NCBI RefSeq assembly: GCF_964213995.1 | Contig: NW_027590150.1 | Span: forward strand, 620,001-684,000 | DNA length: 64,000 nt | Reading direction: 5' to 3' | Source: Mustelus asterias | Lineage: Eukaryota | Shown: one piece after another, positions 35,842 to 48,974 of the stretch | Numbering within the stretch: the first letter of the stretch is position 1 | Layout of the letters: the number at the start of each line of letters is the position of its first letter | Notes under the pieces: model-generated | The model's input: only the letters and a program-made list of their open reading frames with translations | Database searches by the model: none | Told to the model about the DNA's origin: nothing | Program-made: the position numbers and the translations under genes

Positions 35842-36428
35842 AATGTTGAGTATAAAAGTTGGCAAATTATGTTACAGTCATATAAAATATTGGTTAGGTC
35901 ACATTTGGAATACTGTGTCCAATTCTGGTCGGCATTCTACCAGAAGGACGTGGTGGCTTTGGAGGGAGTACAGAAAATGTTTACCAGGATGTTGCATGGT
36001 ATGGAGAGTATTAGCTATGAGGAAAGATTGAATAAACTGGAAAGATGGAGGCCATGGGGCAACCTGATAGAAGTTTATAAAATTATGAGGGGCGTAGGTA
36101 AGGTAACAGTTGGAAGCTTTCTTCCTGGGCAGAAATGACAATCACAAGGGGGCACAATTCAAAGTAAGGGGGGGAAAAGTTCAGTGGAGACACGGGGGGG
36201 GGGGGGGGGGGACGTTTTTTTTACACAGTGGGTGGTGGGGCCTGGAATGCACTGCCAAGTGAGGTGGTCGAGGCAGATACATTAGCAACATTTAAAACTT
36301 ATCTGGATAAAAACATGAACAGACGGTGTATAGAGGGATATAAGCGGTTGGTTTAGATAGGACAACGTGATGGGCGCAGGCTTGTGGGCTGAAGGGCCTG
36401 TTCCTGTGCTGTACTGTTCTTTGTTCTT
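35842..36428 (+). mobile_element. CR1 3' fragment with internal G run
   Basis: LVRSHLEYCVQFWS motif, CR1 tail, poly-G near 36193-36211. Confidence 0.85.
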
Positions 36429-36439
36429 TATCCCCTAGC

Positions 36440-36800
36440 CACACCATAGGGGAACAGTGCGCAGGCGCAGTACCGAACATGGTCGGGAGCATGCGCGATG
36501 TCAGTGATGGCGAAGGGGAGAGAGGATCCTTTTGTCTGATCCGCAGCCGGTGAAGGTGTGGAAACGCGCAGGGCCGATGGAGTCGGCGGGTGAACGGGGA
36601 GGGTTTCTAAATACCTGCTGAAAGCCTCAAACCGCGAATACGGACCTGCAGGTTCCGCGTTTGCAGCTCCGGTTTGTCCTCCTGGGGCGAAGACCCCGGT
36701 TACCAGCCGCCATCTTAGTTCAGCGGAGGGCAGAGCGCATGCGCTGACGTCTTGGTGACGCCCATTGTCACACAACAGAGAGTGGACGGGATTCAGGATT
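36440..36800. promoter_or_regulatory. CpG-island promoter between Z7 (-) and Z8 (+)
   Basis: NRF1-like tgcgcaggcgca, gcgcatgcgc; YY1-like gccgccatctt; tgacgtc; minus-strand donor cag|gtattt near 36614. Confidence 0.7.
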
Positions 36801-37397
36801 TCTGTTTTTAACTGGGTCCTAGTGCCCGAGTCACATAAAAGGATCAGTCACACTGGTCAGAACTTTCTGGTTCAGTTCGGAAGGTTCCCTTTGGTTTTGT
36901 TGATGCTTGGTTGTTGATTTTTGTCTTTCAGTTCGTTTGGACCATATGATTGGAGGGAATAAGAAAGGAAAGAATGTTCCATCCGAACTAGAATTGTCTG
37001 TTCTGAATTTCTATCCTGTATTTACACTGATAACTTCTGTAAACTCCTTTTACAGGGGATTAGGATGGGAGGATTGACAGGTGGGAAACTTAAATCAAAC
37101 ATCACATTGAGATCTGACAGTCATTCGATTCATCAGGACCTGAATATCAATGTGGAAGGAGAAATGTTTGTTTGTTCTGTCTGTGGGAAAAGATTTCAAA
37201 CATCAGTGTGACTGGAAAAGCAGCGAGACACACACACCCGAGTGACAGCGTTCCAGTGAACTGACTGTGAAAAGAGCTTGAACCAGTTACACAGCCTGAA
37301 AAAACATCACACCATTCACAGCAGGGAGGAACCGTACATGTGCAGTGTGTGTAGTCAACTGATCATCAACCTGGAGAGACACAAGGATACTGGCACC

Positions 37398-38781
37398 ATG
37401 GAGAAACCATGGAAATGTGAGGAACATAGAACAGTACAGCACAGAACAGGCCCTTCGGCCCACGATGTTGTGCCGAGCTTTATCTGGAACCAAGATCAAG
37501 CTGTCCCACTCCCTATCATCCTGGTGTGCTCCATGTGCCTATCCAATAACTTCTTAAATGTTTCTAAAGTGTCTGACTCCACTATCACTGCAGGCAGTCC
37601 ATTCCACACCCCAACCACTCTCTGCATGAAGAACCTACCTCTGATATCCGTCCTGTATCTCCCACCACGAACCCTATAGTTATGCCCCCTTGTAATAGCT
37701 CCATCCACCCGAGGAAATAGTCTTTGAACGTTCACTCTATCTATCCCCTTCATCATTTTATACACCTCTATTAAGTCTCCCCTCAGCCTCCTCCGCTCCA
37801 GAGAGAACAGCCCTAGCTCCCTCAACCTTTCCTCATATGACCTACCCTCCAAACCAGGCAGCATCCTGGTAAATCTCCTCTGCACTCTTTCCAGCGCTTC
37901 CACATCCTTCTTATAGTGAGGTGACCAGAACTGCACACAATATTCCAAATGTGGTCTCACCGAGGTCCTGTACAGTTGCAGCATAACCCCACGGCTCTTA
38001 AACTCCAACCCCCTGTTAATAAAAGCTAACACACTATAGGCCTTCTTCACAGCTCTATCCACTTGACTGGCCATCCCAGCTGGAAATCCATCAGCGCACT
38101 CACACTGGGGAGAGGCCATTCACCTGCTCCATGTGTGGGAAGGGATTCAGAGAGTCATCCAACCTGCTGCAACACCAGCGAGTTCACACTGACCTGAGAC
38201 CTTTTAAATGCCCAGACTGCGGGAAGGGCTATAAAAGTTCTGGGGACCTGATGTCCCATCAACGTGTTCACACTGACCAGAGGCCATTCAGGTGCTTTCA
38301 CTGCGGGACTGGGTTCAGGAAATCATCTGAATTCACTGTACATCAGCGCACTCACACTGGGGAGAGGCCGTTCACCTGCTCCATGTGTGGGAAGGGGTTC
38401 ATTAATTCATCCAACCTGCTGAGACACCAGCGCACTCACTCTGATGCAAGAACTTTCAAATGTCCTGACTGTGAGGAGAGCTTTAAAAACAGTGATAATC
38501 TGCTGAGACATCGACGCACTCACACTGGAGAGAGGCCGTTCACCTGCTCTGAGTGTGGGAAGGGATTCACTCGATCAGCCGCACTGCTGACACACCGGCG
38601 AGTTCACAGCGGAGAGCGGCCATTCGCCTGCTCGGAGTGTGGGAAGAGATTTACTTATTCATCTCATCTATTGAAACACCAGCGCACTCACACTGTGGAG
38701 AGACCATTCACCTGCTCCATGTGTGGGAAGGGATTCACTCAATCTTCTAACCTGCTGACACACCAGCAAATTCACAAGTGA
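37398..38781 (+). pseudogene. Z8: zinc-finger gene split in finger 1 by an antisense CR1; distal 216-aa ORF (7 intact fingers) still open
   Basis: accATGgagaaaccatggaaatgt at 37398, CR1 37422-38070, array resumes [11 protein letters not shown] at 38071; ATG at 38131. Confidence 0.82.
37422..38070 (-). mobile_element. young CR1 3' fragment inserted in the Z8 coding exon
   Basis: Uninterrupted ORF2 C-terminus (to 37496) with tail; no TSD, about 24 bp of target lost. Confidence 0.92.
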
Positions 38782-39994
38782 GTGCAGAGGTTGGAGTTCT
38801 CTGTATTGCTGCTGTTGATCACATTGAGGACTAAATGTGTGGATTAAACCTGAGGTGTGTAAGAAATGTGTCCCAGCTGCTCTTCCATGGTTCAGAGCTC
38901 CTCGGCACGGAACAGAGGCTCCTTTACAACTGTGTTTAGAGTCAGGAAGAACAACAGTGAATGCTGGAAACATGCCGTCAAATCAGAGATTGGTGTAAAA
39001 CTGGGATCTGTTCCTGAGTGAGAGTGAAACAGCAGGTTTAAGTTTCCTGTCTGGAACTGATTGTGGTAATTATGGTAATCATAGAATCCCTACAATGCAG
39101 AAGGAGGCCATTTGGCCCATCGAGTCTGCACCGACTCTCTGTCAGAGCATCTTCCCCAGACACACCCCTCCCACGCTAGCCCCATTACCCCACGCATTTA
39201 CCCCACTAATTCCCCGAACCATAACATCTTGGGACATCTATGGGGCAATTTAGCATTGGTCAATCTGCCTAACCTGTACATCTTTGGACTGTGGCAGGCA
39301 ACCAGGGAGCATTTCCATGGAGATGCTGCTTCGACCCAGAGTGTAATGGTAATGCTGCTGCACTTTGATACGACTGCTCAGACATTAGACTGTGTCAGCT
39401 CTTATTGATACTGAATAAAATCTAACCACTGTCACCAATAAGGGTTATCACTGGCAATCATTTCAGAGTTTGGGGAAAGAGAATAAAGGGCTAATGGACA
39501 CCCCGAATCCCAATTCTATAGAATAAAAGGATGTTCACAATACTCTGGGCCCAAATGGTTTCTCTTCAGCTCCTCTGCACCCTGTTACTGTGACTCCACA
39601 CTTTGGGCACATGGACTGAACCCCAGGGGTTCCATCACCATCTGCCCCAATCGCCCCGTCTCCTGCCCCAATTGGCTGGAGGCCCATTTCCCAGTCAGTC
39701 CTCCAGCACCTTCCTGTCTCTCTATCAGTGCAACGCCCAGGGCAGCTTCCCAATTGAGGCTCAGGCCCTGTTATTCTCAGCGAAATTCAGCTCTCAACTC
39801 CGTCACCTGGCTGTCACTAACATGAGCAACAGAGAGAGAAAGGTGCCCCAGGCTGAAATGGGAACTTGAAACTTGTGGCTCCAAACAAACTCTTCAACAT
39901 TTGTGCATTCAATACCTGTTTTTGTATGAGGTTGTTATTTTGACATTGAGGCACTGGAGGCGAAGAATAACTTTCCCTTTCCAACTTTGAATTA

Positions 39995-40470
39995 GAACCA
40001 TAGAACCATAGAAAATTACAGCTCAGAAACAGGCCTTTTGGCCCTTCTTGTCTGTGCCGAACCATTTTATGCCTAGTCCCACTGACCTGCACTTGGACCA
40101 TATCCCTCCACACCCCTCTCATCCATGAACCCGTCCAAGTTTTTCTTAAATGTTAAAAGTGACCCTGCATTTACCACTTTATCTGGCAGCTCATTCCACA
40201 CTCCCACCACTCTCTGCGTGAAGAAGCCCCCCCTAATATTCCCTTTAAACTTTTCTCCTTTCACCCTTAACCCATGCCCTCTGGTTTTTTTCTCCCCTCG
40301 CCTCAGCGGAAAAATCCTGCTTGCATTCACTCTATCTCTACCCATCAAAATCTTATACACCTCTATCAAATCTCCCCTCAATCTTCTACGCTCCAGGGAA
40401 TAAAGTCCCAACCTATTCAATCTCTCTCTGTAACTCAGCTTCTCAAGTCCCGGCAACATCCTTGTGAACC
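39995..40470 (-). mobile_element. CR1 3' fragment
   Basis: LERRRLRGDLIEVYK, TRGH, FFTQRVV; (agaaccat)n tail. Confidence 0.9.
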
Positions 40471-40489
40471 TGTCTATTGTCTATTGTAT

Positions 40490-40920
40490 CAGCCACAGCG
40501 CAGTGGATCCACACGCTTCCACAAGAAACTGCAAAGGGTGGTGAATGTACCCAGTCTATCACACAAACCAGCCTCCCATCCATTGCCTGTGTCTACACTT
40601 CCTGCTGCTTCGGAAAAACAGCCAGCATAATCAAGGACCCTACACAGCCCAGACATTCTCCCTTCCACCTTCTTCCATTGGGAAAAAGATACAAAAGTCT
40701 GAGGACACGTACCAACTGACTTCCCTGCTGCCATCAGACTTTTGAATGGACCTACTTCATATTAAGTTGATCTTTCTCTACATTCTAGCTGTGACTGTAA
40801 CACTACATTCTGCACTCTCTCCTTTCCTTCTCTATGAACGGTATGCTTTGTCTGTATAGCATGCAAGAAACAATATTTTTCACTGTATACTAATACATGT
40901 GATGATAATAAATCAAATCT
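40490..40920 (+). mobile_element. Rex1/Babar-type LINE 3' fragment
   Basis: HKKLQRVV, QSITQTSLPSI, ASIIKDPT-P-HS-FHLLP-GKRYKSLRTRTN motifs. Confidence 0.72.
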
Positions 40921-41335
40921 TCACTCTGAATCAGAAGATTGTTCTTTCCAATCCCAGTCCATTGACCTGAGGCCAACATTCAAAGTGCCAGCACTGAGGG
41001 AGTGCTGCATTATTAGAGCTGCTGCCTTTAGGATGAGATGCCAACCCAAGTACCCCATCTGCCCCTTCAAGGACATAGATGTTGCCATGGGTATGATTTT
41101 GAAGAAGAGCAGGGGGCCTATCCCCAGAGTCTTGACCAATATTTATCAATCAACATCACTATAAACAGATCATCTGCTCGTGATCATGTTGCTGCTTTTG
41201 GGATCTTGCTGTGTACACATTAGCTGCCACATTTCCTGCATTACAACAACGACCACACTTCAAAGCTGCTTCATTGGTTGGAAAGTGCATTGGGACACCC
41301 TGTGGTCCTGAACGATGCTAAATGCAAGTTTTTTA
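40921..41335 (+). mobile_element. DeuSINE (SacSINE1-like), degenerate
   Basis: cactgagggagtgctgca, gaagaagagcagggg...ccaatatttat, gggatcttgctgtg...tttcctgcattacaaca...cttcattgg...aaatgcaagt resemble the Deu domain and tail. Confidence 0.7.
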
Positions 41336-43782
41336 ATTTCAGATTTGTGTTCCCTGATCTTGATATCTGAATCTGAATTGACTTCAGCCACCCCCAAAAC
41401 TTGCCATTTAACAAATTCACTTTGGATCAAAGAATATTTTAACCAATTAAGGCAACAGCAGGATTCTCCGGTGAGTAAATTTTAAAAATAAATTTATTCA
41501 ACAAGAAATGTTTACTTCAAACATTGGCTTTTACAGCTTGATGTGGGTGATCAGTCTGTCGAAGGTTAACCCTCTCTGGCTCCTTCTTTGACAGGAATTC
41601 TTGTGGATTTCAACCTCAGAAGTCTGGTTCCTTCTTTGACAATAATTTACCTGGAACTCGACCCTGTGAATATTCAGTACTTGGCTGGCAGGGAAGATGT
41701 TGGGAATCTACTTTTATCCCCAAAGTGACCATTACCTGACATCAGAGTTGGGCTGATTGTGACATGACACTTGGTCAATTTGGTTACCAGATTAATTTAA
41801 CCGGATCCCCAATTACTGACACCACCTTCTCTCAAAATCTTAGACAGGAATACAATTGCACAGTTTCATACTAACCCTTTATCTGATTCTATACAATCAG
41901 GTATTCAGACAATTTCAAATTCTGAGACAAATCAGAGCTTGAAGGTCTCTCTTACCAGTACATTTATCATCATTGCACATTCTTCACATACACAGCAATT
42001 CAAATGATATGTTTTTACAGCAAATAAAACTCAGTCTTTTACTATAAGACTACTTGTGACACTAATAGATAAAAAAATGACATTCTTTATCGATTTATTA
42101 ACCGTAACTCAATTAAATCTCACTACTTCTCCAGTTATTTGTTACTGAATGCGAGCTAATTAATACAGTAATCTTTAGTTAATAAACTTGGTTACTACAA
42201 GATAGACTGGTTCAAAAAGACAGTTTGTCGAAAGATAACAGCTTTCTTCCTTACTAATCCTGACCAGACTGAACAATGAACCTTATTCTTTAGTTGGACT
42301 TTGGAAGAATATGATATCCTGTAGCTTATCAAAATTATAAAATAATTTATTTCTTTAAACAACTTCTGCCGGCTCTGCGGTTTCTGGAAACTTTTCAGGT
42401 TATTCAATGTTAATATTTTAAAATAAAGATCTAGCCTTTATATAATTGTCTATTACACTGAGTCACTGACGATAGCTTATTCAAGGTTCATTCCTGAATA
42501 ATCGTATGTTACATGACTGGCTTTTCATATACAATCAATTTGTAGCTAATAAAGCCAGTGACAGAAGGGGAATAGACTGTTAGAAGCCACATGTTCGATT
42601 TTAAAATGGTTTCCTTGACCTTGTTACTTATAGCAATGAATATAGATAGTTTTCTGATCGATAAGGGAATTAGGGGATAGGGGGAGCAGGTGGCTAAGTG
42701 GAACTGATTCGCTTCAGATCAGCCATGATCTTGTTGAATGGCGGGGCAGGCTCGAAGGGCCAGATGGCCTACTCCTGCTCCTATTTCTTATGTTCTTATG
42801 TTCTTATATGGTATGAAAGCGATTGATTTTTGAAACTAAATTTGGTTACTCAGGCCTGCAATTTCTTCCATTACAACAGTCACTACAATTCACAGAACTT
42901 CATTCACTGTATAATGCTTCAGGACAAAGGCATAGATAGAGAAACAAGGTGGTGAAAGGTTATCGGGGGAGGTGGGAATGTGGAGTTGAGGTTTCAATTA
43001 GGTCAGCCATGATCGTGTTGAATGGCAGAACAGGCTCCTGAATCATATGTTCATCTGACACCCTGTGGTTGTGAGAGGTGCTACAGAAATGCAATTTTTT
43101 TTTGTTCTCCACAATATTGTATATATTACACTCAGTCCCTGCATCAAAATCATTGTTAAAGGTTGAGTCTAAATTTGCCACATTTTGAATGATGGGGTGG
43201 TTTTCTCCAAAGAGAAGACGAAGAAGTGATCTGATGGAAGTCTTTAAAATTATGAAGGGGTTCAATATTCCAATAGGTATTTCAGTGAGAAACCTCTTTA
43301 CCAGCGAGTGGTGAGAATGTGGAACTCCCTACCACAGCGAGTGGTTGAGGTGAACAGCATGGATACATTGAAGGGGAAGCTCGATACATACATGAGGGAG
43401 AAAGAAATAGAAGGATATGCTGATGAGGAAGATGAAGAGGGGTGGGTGGAAACTTATGTTGCGTATAAATAGTGACGCAGACTGATTGGGCCGACTGGCC
43501 TGGCCCTGTGCTGTAGACTCAATGGAACAGAGACAAATGTATTTTAGATCTACCTGGAGTGCTATTAAAAGCACTATTTACTATCCAAGATAAAATAAAT
43601 ATCCTTCATCAGCTTTTGTGGATCATTTCAGTAGAAATGTGCTCTCCCAGGCTCAAAGTGCATCAACCCACTGGAATCAACATCGAGACCAGCCAGTCCA
43701 GCAGAAAGAAACTTCACCAAAATGGTTCAGTCCTGGACATGATGAACAGCAGCAATAACAGCAGAATCCAACCCTGTCATCA

Positions 43783-43887
<105 letters not shown>

Positions 43888-44973
43888 CTACAGGTTGGAT
43901 GAATTACTGAATCCCTTCCCACACTGAGAGCAGGTGAATGGTCTCTCTCCGGTGTGAACTCGCAGGTGTGTCTGCAGGTGGGATGACTGAGTAAATGCTT
44001 TCCCACAATCAGAGCAAGTGAATGGCCTCTCCCCAGTGTGCACTCGTCGGTGTTTCTGCAGATTGGATGCATCTGGGAATCCCTTCCCACAATCGGGGCA
44101 GGTCAACGGTCTCTCCCCAGTGTGAACTCGCTGGTGTATCAACAGATGCGATGAATCAGTGAATCCCCTCCCACATTCGGGGCAGGTGAATGGCCTCTCC
44201 CCAGTGTGAATTCGCTGGTGCATCAACAGATGGGATGAGCGACTAAATCCCTTCCCACAGGTAGAGCAGGTGAATGGTTTCTCCCCAGTGTGAACTCGTT
44301 GGTGCATCAGCAGACTGAATGAATCACTGAATCTCATCCCACACATTGAGCAGGGGAATGGTCTCTCTCTGGTATGAACCCTCTGGTGCATCAGCAGGTT
44401 GGATGAATCAGTAAATCCCTTCCCACACTCGGAGCAGGCGAATGGCCTCTCCCCAGTGTGAACTCGCTGGTGCCTCAGCAGGTTGGATGAATCACTGAAT
44501 GCCTTCCCACACTCAGAGCAGCTGAATGGTCTCTCCCCGGTGTGAATGCGCTCGTGTGACTGGAGGCGGGATAACTGAGTGAATTCCTTCCCGCACTCCG
44601 AGCAGGTGAACCGCCTCTCCCTGGTGTGAACTCGCTGGTGCATCAACAGGTTGGATGAATCACTGAATCCCTTTCCACAATCGGAGCAGGTGAATGGCCT
44701 CTCCCCAGTGTGAACTCGCTTGTGTGTCAGCAGGTGGGATGAACTTGTGAATCCTTTCCCACACTCAGGGCAGGTGAATGGCCTCTCCCCTGTGTGAACT
44801 CGTTTGTGTGTCTGCAGGGAGGATGAATGAGCGAATCCCTTCCCACACTCCAAGCAAGTGAAAGGCCTCTCCCCAGTGAGACTGCGTCGATGAGTTTCCA
44901 TCTGATATGGGAAATTGAATCCTTTACCACAGTCTCCACATTTCCATGGTTTCTCCATGGTGTAGGTGTCCAT
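43888..44973 (-). CDS. Z9: C2H2 zinc-finger protein, 11 intact fingers, premature TAG in finger 13 of 14
   Basis: 361-aa ORF (family ATG 44958); the same frame continues with intact finger sequence to TGA at 43780-43782. Confidence 0.8.
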   Translation of the reverse strand: MDTYTMEKPWKCGDCGKGFNFPYQMETHRRSLTGERPFTCLECGKGFAHSSSLQTHKRVHTGERPFTCPECGKGFTSSSHLLTHKRVHTGERPFTCSDCGKGFSDSSNLLMHQRVHTRERRFTCSECGKEFTQLSRLQSHERIHTGERPFSCSECGKAFSDSSNLLRHQRVHTGERPFACSECGKGFTDSSNLLMHQRVHTRERPFPCSMCGMRFSDSFSLLMHQRVHTGEKPFTCSTCGKGFSRSSHLLMHQRIHTGERPFTCPECGRGFTDSSHLLIHQRVHTGERPLTCPDCGKGFPDASNLQKHRRVHTGERPFTCSDCGKAFTQSSHLQTHLRVHTGERPFTCSQCGKGFSNSSNL

Positions 44974-45589
44974 GTGTCTCTCCCAGTTTGACAGTCAGTT
45001 GAAGCCTTGTCCATACATAAAAAACCTGAATAGTGACTAGTGATGTCTTTTCAAGCTGTGTAACTGGTTGAAGCTTTATTCCACAGTCAGTGCACAGGAA
45101 CACCCACTCATGTCTGTGTCTCCACGTTTTCCAATCACACTTATGGTTGAAATCTCTTGAAGCAGACAGAACAGAGAAATATTTCTCTTTATAGATTCCA
45201 AAGGCTGATGTTGTTCAGGTCCCGATTTATCAAGTTAATCTGGCAGATCACCACGAATATTTGTTTTGAGAAGTCCAATTCTGATATTCTGTAAAATGAG
45301 TTCCAAAATTCATCACTGTCAGTGCAACTTAGAAATTCAGAAAAGACAATTCTAGTTTTTATAGAAAATTCTTTACTTTCTCCCGCCATTCTTACCCTGC
45401 ATCTAATACACATCATAGAACAACACTCGACATATCCCTGTCCTGTATTAATTTACTGTCTCCTTAATATCAGCTATCTCCTGGGGATCCACCCCTTTAA
45501 TTGTGACCATTACGAATATAGACCATCCTTTTAGCCAGACAAATAAATGTATTAAGCTGAGGGAGCTAAAGAATGTTAATGTCTTTAAA

Positions 45590-46120
45590 AGAGAAAGGCT
45601 TGGGGCAACCTTACCAGAGTCTGCAGCCTCCCTGGATTCACTTCCTTTCCCTTCAGTTGCTGCAAGTCCCCAGTTTCCCCCAGAATGAGAAGGGGGTTGA
45701 AAAGAAAGTGTTTCACTGACAGATGTCGGAGACAGGAGGACGTTTCTGTCTGCATGAAGCTCAATCTGCATTGTCACAAAGACAGCATTCTGATTGGCTG
45801 GAGGACCAGAGGGCTGCCGGTCCTCCAACTATTCTCATTGGTGAATGTCTCACGCGACATAATGGTGGGTGGGACCTCCTCCGTACATGCGCACCTTCCC
45901 TCTCCCCTGGACATGCGCATTCGGGGTCGCCTGCTTGCGTGGCGAATAGAGCGGTTTCCCCAGCGCCGTGGATTGTGGGTATGCGGCTGCCATTATTCAG
46001 CCGGTCTCCAAACTCCTGGGACTGGGGTGAAAATTCGTGGGTTTGGGTTTGGTACCTGTGGGTTTGATTGTGACGCCCCTTTCGCAAAAGAGTTTGTTAA
46101 ATACAGCTGTAAAGATTTGG
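45590..46120. promoter_or_regulatory. CpG-rich promoter / exon 1 for Z9
   Basis: Colinear with 28200-28810 (gattggctggaggacca, catgcgca, gcgaatagagcg). Confidence 0.68.
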
Positions 46121-47032
46121 ACAGTGGCACAGTGGTTAGCACTGCTGCCTCACAGCGCCAGGGACCCAGGTTCAATTCCGGCCTTGGGTGACTGTCTGTG
46201 GGGAGTTTGTACATTCTCTCTGTATCTGTGTGAGTGGCTGGGCTTCCCCGTCTTGCCGGCGGTTGACATGAGCTGGCCATGTCAATGATGAACCTCATGC
46301 AGGAGGACACCAAGGGCAGCCTCAAGGCTGGTTTGGCCCTTCTGGTTCCCCTCTCCCCCTGCTCCAGTGGCACAGACATTTGGAAATATGTAACCAATGT
46401 CCAACTCCTCACAGCCAAAAGATATTGCTGATTTTTAAAATTACTGCCTCTGAAAACTGGCATGGTTTGCAGAGATTAACAATTTAATGCACTTAACTGG
46501 ACAGACTGGAAAATGCCCACATCTTTTCTCTGTCTAGTTAATCCACTCGAATGATCATCTGATGAATCAGCTGACACTGTCCCATGCAGGGAGCCTTTTA
46601 AAGTGCTGGCCGTGACCTTGTTCTGGGTCACTGCCTGCAGTCTACAACACTAGACATCCCACTCTCCAACACTCATTGAGCAAAATGAAGGTCTACAACC
46701 CACCCTTGCTGCTAATTGGTGACAATGAATGTATTATCAGACACGCAGTGATGGCGGCACAGAAGTCGGAATGCTGCCGAATTCCGGATGTGGAATGCGC
46801 TGTCATAGAAACGAGAAGCAGGAGTAGGCCATTTGGCCCTTCAAACCTGCTCCACCATTCATTATAATCATGGCTAATCATCGAATTCAATGGGCTGATC
46901 ATCGAATTCAATATCCTGATCCCACATGACTGCATTGTTCAGCTGTTGGAAGTTACCTCAAAACTGATTGCAAACGTTTATGTCTCTGATGTAAATCACC
47001 ATTTAAAGTCAATAAGGCTGAGTGTAATTATT

Positions 47033-47167
47033 GAGCTCTGATGGAGGGTCATCTAGACTCAAAATGTTGGCTCTATTCTCTCTCCACAGAGGCTGTCAGA
47101 CCTGCTGAGATCCCAGCATTTTCTGTTTTTGTTTCAGATTCCAGCAGCCACAGTAATTTGCTTTTAT
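47033..47167 (+). mobile_element. Penelope-like terminal fragment with decayed hammerhead-like core
   Basis: gagct-CTGATGG-a-gggtc-atcta-gactc-AAAATGTT-ggctc then ccacagaggctgtcagacctgctgag; sister copy 62910-63016. Confidence 0.6.
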
Positions 47168-47946
47168 CTTAAGAGATTATTCCTCAAATTGAAATTGACA
47201 AAATAAATTGATATGAATGGCTGATTTGAACATCCAAAGGGAAAGTTTAAGGGAATAATCACATTGTCAGAACAAAAAGAAACTAACAACTAACAGCCAG
47301 GTGGTTCCTCAGTGTCAAAAACGATTTCTTTTTCACAATAATATTTCTACTTGAATTTGGGTTAATTTCAGAAAAAAAGTCAGAGAAAATTTGTGTTATT
47401 TTTAGGAAATAAAAGACCATCTAAAACAAAGATCTTGATAATGCCTGAAATCAAATATGATTATAATATATGAAATATGATATGGGGAAGTTTATGAGTG
47501 AGAGGAGGAGAAATTTCTTCATGCAGAGAGTGGTGAACTTGTGGAATTTGTCAGCACAGAAGGCTGCGGAGGCCAAAACATTAGAAATATATCTGTTTAC
47601 CTTCTGAGATATATTCAGACTCTAAAAGCCTCAAGGAGTTTGGGGGGATCAGTGGAGAATGGTGTTGAGATAGGGGATCAGTCATGATCATATTGAACAG
47701 CAGAACAGGATCGAAGGGCCACATGACCTATTCCTGCTCCTATTTTCTATGTTTCTGGAAGTCAACAAAACAAGAATCTCATCAGGACTGTTGTTAAAAA
47801 TGGAAACGAGGAATTACACATCTTCAGCCTGATCAACCAACATAAATTATAAAAGTCTGTTCTGTTAAGTATATTTTTCCATTCTATATTGACAAGTATT
47901 TTTCTTTTAAATAAGCTTCCTTCAATTGATTATCTGAGATTCCTGT

Positions 47947-48162
47947 CATAGAATCCCTACAGTGCTGAAGGAGGCCATTCGGCCCATGGAACCTGCACCA
48001 ACAACAATCCCACCCAGGCCTAACCTCATAACCCATTTACCCTGCTAATCCCCCTGACACTCAAGGTCAATTTAGAACAGCCAATCAAGCTAACCCACAC
48101 ATCTTTGGAGTGTGAGGAAACCAGAGCACCCGGAGGAAACCCACGCAGACATGGGGAGAACG
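47947..48162 (-). mobile_element. HE1-type SINE, 5'-truncated
   Basis: Reverse-complement CR1-like tail and core. Confidence 0.8.
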
Positions 48163-48189
48163 TCTTATCCAGTGGTTAAAAGTCTTGTT

Positions 48190-48810
48190 TAAAGTAAAAT
48201 AACTGAGAGAGTTGTTTACAGGCATCGGTGAATTGGGCTGATTGCAGACAGAATGAGCAGGACAGTGAGAGAGAGAGCTGTGTCTGCACTGGCGCAGAGA
48301 CAGAAATCCGATTGGAGGGTTGAAACATGGAGTTACAGGATTTGGGAGGTGACAAGGACGTTACAGGGGAAAAGACGATTAGAGATTGGGGCGAGAGTTT
48401 ACAAGGATATTGGGAGTTAAGGGTTGGTTTCATTGGGGGAGGGTGCTGGTGATGATGGCAGAACTGAAGGACATAGGAATACCTGAAGGGAGAGAACCAT
48501 GAACGATATCAGTGAAAATAGGGAAGCTGGGTGAGGAGCAGTTTAGTGGGAATAAGGTCGAGGGAGGAGGTGGGATTGCTGGAAAGATATACTCTGAGAG
48601 GATACAAGGAGAGATAGGAGAGAATTGAAACAAAGGATCAAATTCAGGGCTACAGCAAAGGGGGGTCATGAGAGAGAGTTTGGCTCGGTGGGCTAGGGGA
48701 AGGGAGGGAAGCAGTAGAGGCAGCTGATTACATTGTCTAAATCTTAATGACAAAGAAGCTCCATGAGCTCCTCACACTGGAGGTGAAGATGGAGGAGACA
48801 GGGGAAAGAG
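48190..48810 (-). mobile_element. degenerate L2 ORF2 fragment
   Basis: Minus strand reads CEELMELLCH/KI-TM-SAAS, resembling the L2 mid-ORF2 segment. Confidence 0.5.
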
Positions 48811-48974
48811 AGACCTTCAAAGGATCCAAATTGTGTTTGAGATATTAAAAAAGCTCAACACTCTTCATGTCGAACACAAACTGAATTTATTTTACTTAAC
48901 AATGTATAACTTAACATTTATAACTATGCTTTGTTTATAAACAGCAATACTGTGATAACTTTCCACACAAATAT

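Noticed and set aside
37209-37211. Selenocysteine recoding of the shared upstream TGA
   Set aside because: Position is a helix residue rather than Cys, paralogs have frameshifts or other stops nearby, no SECIS recognised, and CGA>TGA decay explains it.
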